The notes beneath the pieces were generated by a model. The model made no database searches, was not told the origin of the DNA, and saw only the letters and a program-made list of their open reading frames with translations. Shown piece by piece: positions 12,720-27,732 of a stretch of DNA of 64,000 nucleotides. Source of the DNA: Eledone cirrhosa (Eukaryota); NCBI GenBank assembly GCA_964016885.1, contig OZ024743.1:115320001-115384000 (forward strand). The letters are read 5' to 3'. The stretch's first letter is position 1, and every line of letters starts with the position of its first letter. A program made the position numbers and the translations under genes.

Positions 12720-15368
12720 TTTCTCCACCAACTCCACACCAGCGTCGAACTTCTCCCCTTCCACCCTGCTATCTCCCCTCGGCCCTTCTACTCTCCTACC
12801 TTCTCTATTCGCCAAAACCCGGCACTCCAGACACATCCATTTCCTCATCCACTGCCTCCACCTCCACCTTATATCCCTCGGCCTCCGTCTACACTTCCAC
12901 ACCCACCCGACGCTTCCCGATCCTCGCGCCTCCTAATGCGCAACTCCCTCCGCGCCTCCCGCTCCACCATCCGCAAACTTGACGACCAACTGACCCCCAC
13001 CCTCCTCCGCCTTAACTCCGCCTGCGACCCCCTCCTAGCCCACGCCATCCTCCTTTTCATCCAAAACCTCAACCACCACCTCTTCTCCTTCCTCACCTCC
13101 ACCAAAACCCGTAAGCTACACTCACTCCCCCCGACCACCACCATCCACCACCACCCGCCCATCCCTACTACCCCCCTCACCAACATCCCCCCTCACCAAC
13201 ATCCCCCTCCCTCACACCCAAACCCCACCATTTGTTGTCACCTTACCCCCTTTACCACCCCCTCGCCGTACCTGAGCGCTCACTCCTCAGTAGAGGCCCT
13301 CGCTTCATAAGCCACACTCCGCACAGCGATGAGTTCCGCACCCGAACGGGAGTCGAGCGATTCGTGTGACGCACGATGCTACAGGCACATTTCGCTCAAA
13401 CGCCACCGGTTCCGCACGCCCCAGACCCGTTTCTCGCTCAGGGCCAACGACCATCGTCTTGGACGCCGGCCCCAGGGCAAATTAGCACCCTGGACGCGTT
13501 CGTCGATGCCAGCCGTAGCGCCGTAAATCACTTCGACTTCCGCCACCGGTCCCAACGGAATAACATCTCACGGGGCGAACTCCTCGCTCTCCGCTCCCTC
13601 CGTAGCCGAGATTACATCGTCATCAAACCTGCGGACAAGGGAGGCGCCGTGGTGGTGTGGTGCGCTGACCTCTACACGGCTGAAGCTTTCAGATAGCTCC
13701 GTAACCCCCTCTTCTACCGCCCTCTACCCTCCGATCCCACACCCCTCTACCAACAACAACTTTCCTCCACCATCCAACACCTTGTCCCCCCCCCCCCCCA
13801 CTGCTTCCCACCTCATCGTCCGCACCCCCCGCACCCCCACTATCTACTTCCTCCCGAAACTCCACAATCCCGACAACACCAGCCGCCCCATCGTCTCCGC
13901 TTGCAACTGCCCCACCGAACTCATCTCCGCCTTTCTTGACCCCATCCATGTCCCCCTCGTCACCACCCACCCTTCCCACATCTCCGACACCAACCACGCC
14001 CTTCGCCTATTTGTCTCCTTCACCTTCCCACCCGGCCCTCTTCACCCTAGATATCAAGTCGCTCTATACAGTCATCCCCCATGCCGACGGCCTACCTGCC
14101 CTCAAGCACTACCTCAATCTTCGCCCCTCCCTCATCCCCTCCACCCACCCTCCTTCGCCTCGCCGAGCTGGTCCTCATTCTCAACTGTCTCTCCTTCTCG
14201 GGTGAGTTTTACCAACAGGTCACGAGTGTAGCCATTTGGCACAAGAATGGGCCCAAACTATGCCAATCTTTTAGTTGGCCATGTTGAGGCCCAAATCTTT
14301 GCCCAGTACAGCGGCCCCATGCCTGAACTGTACGGTCGTTACATCGACGACTGTATCGGAGCCACGACCCTCACCCGAGAACAGCTCGATTCCTTTCTCT
14401 CCTTCTTCTGCTCCTTCCAAACCTCCCTCCACTTCACCACCTCTATCTCCCCCACCCACGTCCACTTCTTAGACATCTCCGTCGTCTTAGACCCCTCCCA
14501 CCACTCCCTCGTCACCTCCGCCTTCTTCAAACCCACCGACTCCCACTCCTACCTCGACTTCACATCTTCCCACCCTAAACACACTAAACACTCTATTCTC
14601 TACTCCCAAATCCTCATGATCTGCCGCCTCTGTAGCCGAGATGCTGACTTTGAGTCCCAGCCACTTTCCCTAGTAGGCCATTTTCCGCAGAGGTTACTCC
14701 CCTCTCTCGTCCACACCGCCCTCATCCGCGCCCGTGATGCCCCCCACACACCGTGACCCCTACCCCATCACCTACCCCCACCCCAACCCTACCCGTCCAC
14801 CGCACCATCCTCCGCCTCTTCCGACGCATCCAGTCCGACCCCTCCACCTCCCACATCTTGCCAGCCCCAACACTCCCCTCCTTCAAACGCGCACGCAATC
14901 TCCGCCCACTCCTCATCCGCAGCTCCCTACCCACCGACCCACGCTCTCCCCCCGGTTCCCTTCCCTGTTCCAGGCCTCATTGCAACACCTGTCCCCACAT
15001 CACCAACACCACCACCTTCCAGGGTCCCAAAGGCCACTCTCTATCTGTCCGGCATGCCTTCCGCTGCACCACCTCCAACCTAGTCTATGGACTTTACTGC
15101 ACGGAGTGCAGCGCAACCTACGTCGGACAGACTGGATGTCGCCTGGCAGACCGGTTTACCGAACACCTCCGAGATATTCTTCTCGGCGGTAGTACCCCCA
15201 TCGCCCGCCAATTTGGCGGCCCTGGACATTCCGCGCACCACCTCACAGTCTGTGGCCTACTCCAATACCACGGAACACCGCCACCCTCCTCAGAGTCGAA
15301 CAACGCACCATCTTCACCCTACAAACCCACACTCCCCCCGGCCTGTACTCCTCACCCCTATTCCTTAA
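12720..15368 (+). pseudogene. Disrupted PLE RT-GIY-YIG ORF
   Basis: Motifs are spread over ORFs 13376, 13782, 13936, 14081, 14247, 14753 and 15087 in different frames. Confidence 0.9.
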
Positions 15369-16686
15369 GCCTTCGACCGCCATGCCCCCCCCCACTAACA
15401 CCACTGACACACCCCTCCTTTTCACCGCCCAACCCACAACTAACAATACTAACACCCCACATCATTCCCGAGCACCCTTCCCCAACTAACAATACTAACA
15501 TCCCTCCTTTCTTCACCCCCTCCCCTTATCACGCATACGCCCACCGGTACATATACACGCACTCACACTAACAACACACCCTACTACCACCACTAACCCT
15601 CACAGCTACACATCCACTCCCACCACCCCACAATTAATACCACTAACACCCCCTGACCCAACGCACACGAGCACACACACCCACTTACACCACCCACTCT
15701 ACACACCCTACCACCACTAACCCCCACTAACACCCGCATTCACCATACACACACTCACACAAACACGCACACACACACACCAGTACACTACCCCCCCCCA
15801 TGCGCCTCCCCGCTCCGCCCACACCCCCTCTCACACACACACATCCCACTAACACCTCTACTAATACTCCCCCCTCTTCACTCCACCTTTCACACCAACC
15901 CATCTTCTCCCCTGTCCACCGCACCTCCGCACACATTCTGCCATTCTCCCCCACTGCTGCTATGCCCTGTCTCGCTGACCACACCTCCGCACACACAGAC
16001 ACTCAACCCTCCTCCTGCCTTGACCCTCTGACCACTTCCCGTTGCGCACGCACCCCACATCTCCCCTCTTCCAACCAACCCAACCACGTATTGCACACAT
16101 TGGACCTCGCTCCCACGAATCAACTCCATCACAAGAAAATTACCCGGCATCCCACCACATCCGCTACGGAATTACCTTAGGAACTCACCCACGGACATAC
16201 ACTAAAAAAAATGTTTTCCAACACGCCACCTACATCCACAATACGTATAAACACTACACACACGTGCGTGCCACCACATATTTACACACTCAGCCTCCAG
16301 AATCCTCTCATCCCCTCCCCCACCCTCTGACCCCTTCCCATCCACACACGCACACAAACACCGATCTACACCCCATCGCACACACCTTTTCCTGAACATG
16401 CAACCCCGTCCTTCCCCCAACTCGCACATTCATATACACACACACACACAAGTACACCTACACACACACACCACCTTCAGCACTCCCCACTCGGACACCC
16501 CGCCTCCCTCTCCCCACTCAAACCCGCCGCCGCCACTACAGGCCCCACACCCTTCCACCACTTGTTTTATTTTTATTATGCTTTTATATTTATTTTCATT
16601 TGTACCGTTTCCTCTCACCCTCTTTCTTCTAAATGTCTCTCCCCACTCCCCAACACACCCTTGGAACTCTCTTCCCAGACACTTTT

Positions 16687-16720
16687 CGCCTGAAGAAGGG
16701 CTTATGCCCGAAACGTCATC
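16687..16720 (+). ncRNA. Minimal hammerhead of the Neptune-type terminus
   Basis: CTGAAGA-a-GGGC ttat GCCC-GAAA-cg-TC; stem I decayed. Confidence 0.8.
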
Positions 16721-16826
16721 CCCCACCACCACCCCACTCTCAAGAGCGAGAAACTAATAAATATTTGTTCGTACTGCCTCTCTGTTTTGTTCCCGTCCAA
16801 TTTTTCACTATATATATATATATATG

Positions 16827-16878
<52 letters not shown>

Positions 16879-16901
16879 CATATATATATATATATATATA
16901 T

Positions 16902-18414
<1,513 letters not shown>

Positions 18415-18510
18415 ATATATATATACATATATATGTATGTATATATACATATATATATGTATATATATACATATATATGTATGTATATATATATATATAT
18501 GTGTATATAT

Positions 18511-18578
<68 letters not shown>

Positions 18579-18579
18579 T

Positions 18580-20725
18580 TTTGTCTCTTTAGGTTTGTTG
18601 GTTCACTACTGGATAGGACTGGTCATTCCGTATGGTCAATCCATATCACCGGATTCATATGGAACTGGAAACCGGTCATTGAAATAATCATAGTATAATA
18701 AACCTTTCAAGGATTTACACCAATCCAGCCTCCTGTTATTTTATTTTATTCATAATTAACTCCGTATTCGCTCCGCCAATTACACAAACGAAGATGGGTG
18801 AACTGCAATGCGTTGAGTACTCTTCACAATATTACACCAGGATTGACCATACGGAATGACCAGTTCTATCCATTGGTGAACCAACAAACCTAAAGAAATA
18901 ATGCTCCAATAATGTTGAGCACTTCAAAATGTAATATTTAATAGCTGCACTGACTTCAGTGTACAGCTATTGCCAACATGGGATTAACTGATCTACTTAC
19001 CATTCGGATTTTGGCTGCTCTGTGCTTTATCTACCGCCACCAGATACTACTTCCTTGTCGGGATGATTCCGATTCCGACAAATCTCTACGTATTATAGTA
19101 AAACATGTATTGTATTGACTGAATTCTCTACTCTATATCTCAGGACTTTTTGTGACTCACACTGAATTCGGAGACCCGAACTTTTCACTAGGTACAACCT
19201 GTTACCATTCCATATCCTCCATCCTCTATATCTATATGTACAACCTGTATTATCTTACTACAATTTGATCTATATTGTATTTCCCCTACACTGTGATCCC
19301 TCCGATACGTTCTTATATACTTTCGTCTTTCTACATCCCTAGTTATTTACCTTTATTAATTTTTTTATTATTTCATTAATGTATTTTTTTTATTTTTTTA
19401 TTTTTTTATTATTTTATTAATGTATTTTTATCAATGTATTCTATCTTTATATTTGTATTTTACCTTTGTATCCTGCTTTTATTATTTTTTTGTAACTTTC
19501 CTTACTCAGGTCATTATGCACCTTCATAGCTCCCTACCCACCTAAGAACCACACTACTTATAACTCGGACTAACTGGGACTTTAAAATAATTTTGGTCTA
19601 TTTGCACTTTTCATTGGGTTGTTACCTTCGACTTGTCTGGTGGCTTTTTCCGGCTGCGCGCTGGGCACTCGGAAAGTTTAGCCTTCCTCGAGTGCTCGGA
19701 AAAATAAATTTCTCCTCTTTCGGTAAACGAAATTACTCGGAGCGATTGGCTTTGCCCCGGTCCCACCGCCCCGCTTGTTTTGGCCGCCATATTATACTTA
19801 TACCTATAAACTCCAGGTTTAAGCATAACTATTAGCTGTATCATGCCACTACTGGCACGTAAATAAACCCCTCATGTGTGATTTAATAATAATCGTTTGG
19901 TATAGACGATGGCCTGTCGAAATTGTGGAGTTCCCGCTAGCGCTCCCGGGGCCTAAGGTAGCCACGTTCCTAGAGTACTCGGAAAAATGAATTTCCATTT
20001 CTTTCGCTGGACGATACCACTTGAGACTGGCTGACTCATGGGATGCGGGCTGGGACTCGCAATCGAAATCTTTACTCTATATCCCATCCTAATATCCTAT
20101 CTAGATAAATTTTTTCATATAAGACTCTCTCCGTAAGTTCATTAAATAAATCTCGCTACCTTAACCTTTAATTTTCTAATAACTTATTTTTCAATTTATC
20201 ATTTTGCAATTTAATATTCTTAATTCAATTTAATTTCATCCTATAACTCGCAACATAAGTTTAACGTTCCAATCTTCGGTTCACACATTAGACCATACAG
20301 TCACCCATTATAGATTCTTTGGAGTAGCATTTTTTCGCGGCATTTTCTAGCATGACTGTAGTGTCACCCTTACGCTGCCTTCTTTCCCCCTTTCTTTCTT
20401 TCTTCCCCTTTTTCGTTGACGGAGAGGTGGTAGTGCATTATAAGTCCCCCCCCCCCTCACCAGATGTTCATTAGTAGATTCATTTGCCACCACTTTGAGG
20501 GCGACTGGCCGAGATAAAGGCATCTAGTTGGTCAGTCGTCCTCTTTGTCTCTGTCTCTGATTTTTCGGACCCATGGTTTTTACATATTCCTTTGTTATAT
20601 TCCAATACCTGATTATATCACCGGATTCATATGGAACGCGGTCATTGAAATGATCATAGTATAATAAACCTTTCAAGGATTTACACCAGTCCATCCTCCT
20701 GCTATTTTATTTTATTTATTTTATT
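18580..20725 (+). mobile_element. ~2.1 kb non-coding PLE-like element with ~105 bp terminal direct repeats and an inverted 5' piece
   Basis: 18643-18750 is repeated at 20615-20720; 18586-18642 is the reverse complement of 18840-18897; no long ORF; (TA)n flanks. Confidence 0.7.
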
Positions 20726-20795
20726 TATATACATATATATATATAAATATATATATATATGTTTATATATATATATATGTATATATATATGTATA

Positions 20796-21418
20796 TAAAT
20801 GGAATAGAATGAAACGAAATTTCATTTCTCAATCTTAGGACGGCACTTACTTAAATGTAAGTATGTATGTATGTATACGTACATACATATATGTATACAG
20901 ACGTATACATATGTATATATATACATACATGCATACATATACATATATATATATATATATATGCACGTATCGGTTTACCGAATACTTACTATAATGCTCG
21001 GTTTGTTTGTTTGTAAACAAACAAACAGCTCGAATTACGCCGTATAGTGTTTAGGGAACCACGTCACCTTTTTGTTCAACACTGACACAGGAACGATGTA
21101 TTAGTTTCAAGCTTATTAGCTATCGTCAGCATCGTATACCTTCCCGCCAGATGGTTGAACGTCTGAAAGTATATACTTTTGAAAGTATATACTTTCAAAA
21201 GTATATACTTCTGAAAGTATATACTTTTCTTATGCATATTAACGGGTGAGCAGCCTAATTTGCATATCGAGTGAGTTCAGGCGGCCGGGCACACCGAACA
21301 CGATAAATGGAATAGAATGAAACGAAATTTCATTTCTGACTCTTAATACGGCACTTACTTAAATGCAAGTATTTTCTATGTATGTATACGTACATACATA
21401 TATGTATACAGACGTACA
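20796..21418 (-). mobile_element. Retrozyme-like ~508 bp unit present as ~1.2 tandem copies
   Basis: taaatggaatagaatgaaacgaaat...cagacgta occurs at 20796 and 21304; one internal HHR. Confidence 0.65.
21093..21135 (-). ncRNA. Minimal type I hammerhead, canonical core
   Basis: ACGATG-CTGACGA-t-agct aata agct-t-GAAA-ctaa-TA-CATCGT; 6 bp perfect stem I. Confidence 0.8.
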
Positions 21419-21422
21419 GTAG

Positions 21423-21751
<329 letters not shown>

Positions 21752-21769
21752 GTATATATATATATACAC

Positions 21770-21846
<77 letters not shown>

Positions 21847-21951
21847 TATATATATATATGTATATATATATATACATACATATGTGTATATATATATATA
21901 TACGTATATATATAAATGTGTATGTATATATATATATACGTATATATACAT

Positions 21952-22262
21952 AAGGATTAAAATATTGGAGCGTGTTGGAGTTAAACACCCTCTTCGTATT
22001 ATAGAAATGACAGTAAAAGGTATAGCTCAATGTAATTAAACAGAGCCGAAGAATTATGAAAATAAAACAAAGAAGCCTTCAATACATCAAAAGTCTTTAT
22101 TAGCCAACAATGTTTCGTCCTATTAAGGACTCATCAGGGCAATTAAAACAACACTACTTCTTGTTGTTTTAATTGCCCCGATGAGTCCTTAATAGGACGA
22201 AACATTGTTGGCTAATAAAGACTTTTGATGTATTGAATGCTTCTTTGTTTTACTTTCATAAT
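21952..22262. mobile_element. Fold-back pair of PLE termini (~100 bp arms, 22054-22153 / 22162-22262)
   Basis: Arms are reverse complements; each contains the HHR. Confidence 0.85.
22103..22140 (-). ncRNA. Minimal hammerhead, canonical core (mirror copy 22175-22212 + has U4C)
   Basis: GCC-CTGATGA-GTCC ttaata GGAC-GAAA-cattg-TT-GGC. Confidence 0.88.
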
Positions 22263-22366
22263 ATATACATACATATGTATGTATGTATATATATATATAT
22301 ATTTATATATATAGATATATATACATACATATGTATATATACATACAAACATATATATATATATAC

Positions 22367-22620
22367 ATACTTCTCGCCATGTCTTCCGCCAGTCTTCTCT
22401 CTCATTTTTCGTGACTCTTTGATCAGAAGCTTCTTGTCAGACTTCGACATTGTAGTCTGTACCCGAAGTGAATTCTCAAGACAACACTCACCCAACAATA
22501 AATACCTTGTTATATATTTTGATTCAGTTTATTATCGTCTTGCCACATCTACTAACGCACTCTTATAGTTAGATCATTCCACCCATCTCCATATGCATAT
22601 TCTTAAGAATATCCCTTCTT
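22367..22620 (+). mobile_element. Heavily decayed fragment, possibly Neptune-type PLE linker region
   Basis: PPVFSLIFRDSLIRS...CTRS resembles the Neptune linker (NLRPLLIRS...CSRP). Confidence 0.35.
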
Positions 22621-23373
22621 CTGTAATATTTTAAGGGTTTTGTTTGTTCCTTTACTGCAGTGAGGCTTCACGTAATCTGCAATTTCATGATCCTACTTCC
22701 ATTGATAATTAATTACCAGGAAACCATTACCTATGCAAAGTTATGCATCTACCATTCGATTAAATAGTCATTGTAGGGCCACAAACTACAAAACCGATTC
22801 GCACTTACCTTGTGTATGAGTTTCGCATCTAACTCGAGGTATTCAGCGTCAATGAGATCATAAAAGTCCAACCGTTTGTCTGTCCATTCTTGAGTGATTA
22901 AGACATTCAGGGAATAGTCCTGTATAGAAAGAAAAATGAATCAGTACTCGACAGCTAATTGCTTTAATGACTTCCACACAGAATACAAAAGACTAACATT
23001 GGATCTGGCACTTTCTTTTATTCAGTACCCTAGAGATTATGGTGCCGCCATAGGTATAAGGCGAAATATATTGTGGAAGGTTATGAAGTGTGAAATTGGC
23101 TGAGTAATTAAAACGTCGGATAGAATGGAGGTTAACTTTGCATTCATTCTTGTGTGGTCGATAAATAAACTCCAGTCCAGCACTGGGGTCGATTGTGCCG
23201 CAAGGCATTCTAATCTACGTTCTGCTAACCTTGCCAATTCGCCACCTGCAGTTGATTAATTCACCCTATAATATTACTGCTTCTAAAGAAGGAGGGATGA
23301 AAGGCAACATGTGTCTTTGTTGAAATTTGAAATATGTATGGTATATTATCTTTATAGTTCATTATCTATATAT

Positions 23374-23560
23374 GCGGTGAATTGGCAGTGTCGGTAGAGG
23401 ATTGGACGCCATGCTTTCTAGCATAGCTACGTCCCTTTACAGTCTGAGTTCAAATCCCACCGAGGTTAACTTTGCCTTTTATCCTTACGGGGTCGATAAA
23501 ATAAAGTACCAGTAATGTACTGGGTAATTGCTGGCCTTGTGCCAAAAGTAGAAACAATTA
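23374..23560 (+). mobile_element. tRNA-derived SINE, near full length
   Basis: Box A-like tggcagtgtcggtag, box B gagttcaaatcc, core aactttgccttttatccttacggggtcgataaaataaagtaccag; related copies near 1885-1940(-), 23100-23245, 23660-23760, 36030-36160, 45104, 46923 and 51581. Confidence 0.85.
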
Positions 23561-24883
23561 TCTATATATGCTATTACCTATACTGTATGTTATCTATATA
23601 TTTGAAATATTGATGATATATTATATAACCCTATACAGAAAGGGATAAAAAATGCCATTGCGTTTGTCCCTGCGTTCTTCCCTCTCTGATCAAATTCTAC
23701 CGAGGTCAACTTTACCATTCAGCTTTTTTGAGGTTCTTAATAAACGCATCAGTCCAATACAGATTTTGATTCTCTTTTTGTGGGAGAAATTGGCTCTGTT
23801 ATGACATGGGTAGGGTCGCAAAGACACGCCTTGTGTCAGGACAGTGCTGCTACGAATCCATCAGGAGGTATGGGCTCTTTATCCTCTCTACTGTATAGAT
23901 ATGCATTCCAGGCCTAAGAGATTAAGCGATATGAAGAACTTCAGTTCATGAAGGGTATATCCAATATGGTAATGTCTAGGATATCGACCTTTATAGGATG
24001 TCAAGTCAACATTAAGAGAAATATTATAATACTGCAAGGGATGTCGTGCAGCGTTGTGCTGTTTCAAACATTGACGACATGAATAATTTGAATGAAAATT
24101 AATAGGAAATTGGAGGGTGAAAGACTACTAAGAGCTGTAGTGAATGACGATAAAAAGAAACGTTATCTAAGAAGGAAACACAAATAAACATTTAATCACG
24201 AACATTTATCAATTTATATATTCACCGAAAATATCTAATTAAATTATTAGAGACATGATATTGACAGGAAAACACAAAAGAAAGGAACAGAAATAATAGC
24301 TCCAAACCCAAATATACAAGTGTTCAAGATAAAAGCGAAATAAAATAAATATTGAATAAATGAATAGACAAATGTATACATATGCAATATATACGTTTGC
24401 AAATATATCATGATATACAAGGAAATAAGGTAAAGTCAAAAAGGTTACATTGATAAGTTACAGTCTTTGTGATGACAAAACACGGAAGTTCGAATATCAG
24501 TGGTTACACAGGCATTACAGCAGTATCCATTTTGCGATGATATTAAAGCGCGAATGACCTCCACTTTGAACAAGCAACAAATACAATTAACATGAAAGAT
24601 AGACATATACCTATCTGTTTCAAACTATTGACTTATATTATGTATTCTCTTATTGAAATTTAGCATGCAAATTATTTGAATATCCATCCAACAAAGACAA
24701 GGAACTTTACCGTAACTCTAAAGAAGGTTTATGAGAGTGTGACGTGTTTGAGTCTTAGAATTACTGATAGATTGCAGGGGCATCCCATAAATATCTGTAG
24801 AACAAGTAGGACAATACACGGGATCACATGTTCGCGAAGCGAACTGCTTTAAAACACATACATTTACATACACACAGACACAG

Positions 24884-24973
<90 letters not shown>

Positions 24974-24979
24974 ATATAA

Positions 24980-25110
24980 TAGGAAAATGTTTAATCCCGA
25001 CGGCAGAGCTCAAGCCGTTTCGACGGCTATTTCTGGACTAGCAATAGCGTAAGTATTGAGTACTCTGGTTCGTTGTGTTCTATTTGGTTCCTTACCACAC
25101 TTCCTTCGTT
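24980..25110. mobile_element. Fragment of the 18.2/63.3 kb HHR family: inverted HHR 3' half joined to the downstream tail
   Basis: 24980-25040 is the reverse complement of gtccagaaatagccgtcgaaacggcttgagctctgccgtcggg; 25050-25110 matches 63414-63474. Confidence 0.8.
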
Positions 25111-25214
25111 ATATATATATATATATATATATATTTCAAAAGTAGAGTCGAGATGGAGGGTCTGTGGTTTTTCTCAGATGTGAGAAAAACCACAGACCCT
25201 CCATCTCGACTCTA

Positions 25215-25250
25215 CTTTTGAAAAGCAGAAGAACTGCGAAACCGGTAAAG
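25215..25250 (+). ncRNA. Minimal hammerhead with U3:A8 core, preceded by a perfect ~43 bp fold-back (25134-25223)
   Basis: CTT-TTGAAAA-GCAG aagaa CTGC-GAAA-ccgg-TA-AAG. Confidence 0.8.
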
Positions 25251-25380
25251 GAACCAAATAAATATGTATATCTTTCTAAAAATAAGACTCCAGTTGCATT
25301 TTAGATTTCATCTTTTCTACTTTATACTTTCACTCGTGTAGGACACCTCGGTTATTTTTCATTTTGTAAAAAAACCTCAC

Positions 25381-26306
<926 letters not shown>

Positions 26307-26307
26307 G

Positions 26308-26610
26308 GAAAGTTATATTTAAATTGTTGGGTTACAACTAGTAAATATTTATAACTGATATAAAAGCACTCGACAAATATTTGGAGTATATTTACAATAT
26401 TAAATAAATGGAAACTATATTTATAAAACCATATTTATTTCATTATATATATTTCAGGGATATCATATTAACAATATGCTATGCCTTCCTCAGACAAAAT
26501 ACAATATAAACAGTTTTATAGATAAATAGATTCGACATACCGTAACAACATCTACTTGCATTTGAGAAGGTTGATTTGGTAGTGACAAAATTGTACACAG
26601 AGAGAAAGAA

Positions 26611-26641
<31 letters not shown>

Positions 26642-27197
26642 AAAAAGGAAAGAAAGACAGAAAACGAAGAAAAAGAAAAAGAAGAAATGCAAGGAACATT
26701 TTTTTAAAAAACTAAACATAAGATCATTAATTTTCACACATTGTGGATACATATCTCATTCAGGAATACTGATATTTACAATGTAGAGGCTGGTTTTGTA
26801 AATACTAATACCTCTACATTAAAACAGAGGTTTTTACGCCTCGCCTGTGTCTGGATATTTTTGAATTTTTTCTCTCTCTTTTTTTCTCTCTATATTTTTT
26901 CTCTCCCTATATAACAGCTGGTTTTCCCTCCATATATCTCCCTTACATTAATACTAGAGCTAAATAAATAAATAAATAAATAAATGTATCATTGATACGT
27001 TATTCAACAGACGTCCCACTACCTAGCTTTCTATATATATATGTATCTATCTCTATTTCCTCTCTCTCTATATATATATATCTCTTTCTGTTTCTTTACA
27101 TGAAGTTCTTCTCTTTATCTATCTTTCCATCTCTCTATTTTGTTCCTTGCATTTCTTCTTTTTCTTTTTCTTCGTTTTCTGTCTTTCTTTCCTTTTT

Positions 27198-27228
<31 letters not shown>

Positions 27229-27445
27229 TTCTTTCTCTCTGTGTACAATTTTGTCACTACCAAATCAACCTTCTCAAATGCAAGTAGATGCTGTTACGGT
27301 ATGTCGAATCTATTTATCTATAAAACTGTTTATATTGTATTTTGTCTGAGGAAGGCATAGTATATTGTTAATATGATATCCCTGAAATATATATAATGAA
27401 ATAGATATGGTTTTATAAATATAGTTTCCATTTATTTAATATTGT
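26308..27445. mobile_element. PLE terminal fragment with ~300 bp inverted arms (26395-26698 / 27141-27445)
   Basis: ORFs 26490(-) and 27140(+) are near-identical, confirming the inversion; HHR in each arm. Confidence 0.85.
27338..27403 (+). ncRNA. Type I hammerhead, canonical core (mirror copy ~26437-26502 -)
   Basis: TATTTTGT-CTGAGGA-agg..tatatt gtt aatatg..cct-GAAA-tatata-TA-ATGAAATA. Confidence 0.8.
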
Positions 27446-27507
27446 ATATATATATATATATATATGCATATATATATACATATATATATGTATATATATA
27501 TATATGC

Positions 27508-27556
<49 letters not shown>

Positions 27557-27663
27557 TATATATATACATATATATATATATGTATATATATATATGTGTG
27601 TATATATATATATATGCATATATATATATATGCATATATATATATATGCATATATATATATAC

Positions 27664-27729
<66 letters not shown>

Positions 27730-27732
<3 letters not shown>

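Larger units (their letters stand above)
12581..16808 (+). mobile_element. Near full-length Neptune-type Penelope-like element, frameshifted, flanked both sides by (TA)n
   Basis: IVIKPADKGGAVVVW, IYFLPKLH..RPIVS, TLDIKSLYT, MGPNYANL, YIDD, FLD, KPTDSHSYL, CSRPHCNTC, LVY...YVGQT; HHR near the 3' end. Confidence 0.95.

Noticed and set aside
13364-13375. In-frame TGA in the Neptune ORF
   Set aside because: Falls at a likely Arg (CGA to TGA decay) in a copy with many frameshifts.
15400-16560. Pro/His/Thr-rich ORFs and telomere-like C-rich sequence
   Set aside because: Low-complexity 3' region of the Neptune element; no regular TTAGGG array.
21164-21230. CRISPR-like array
   Set aside because: Palindromic repeats are nearly contiguous with no unique spacers; eukaryotic context.
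23374-23465. tRNA gene
   Set aside because: A/B boxes are present but there is no cloverleaf and it continues into a SINE core.
26765-26855. HHR-like ctgatat...aatgtagagg/cctctacatt-aaaa-cag
   Set aside because: Core, GAAA and stem I all deviate; only the hairpin is solid.
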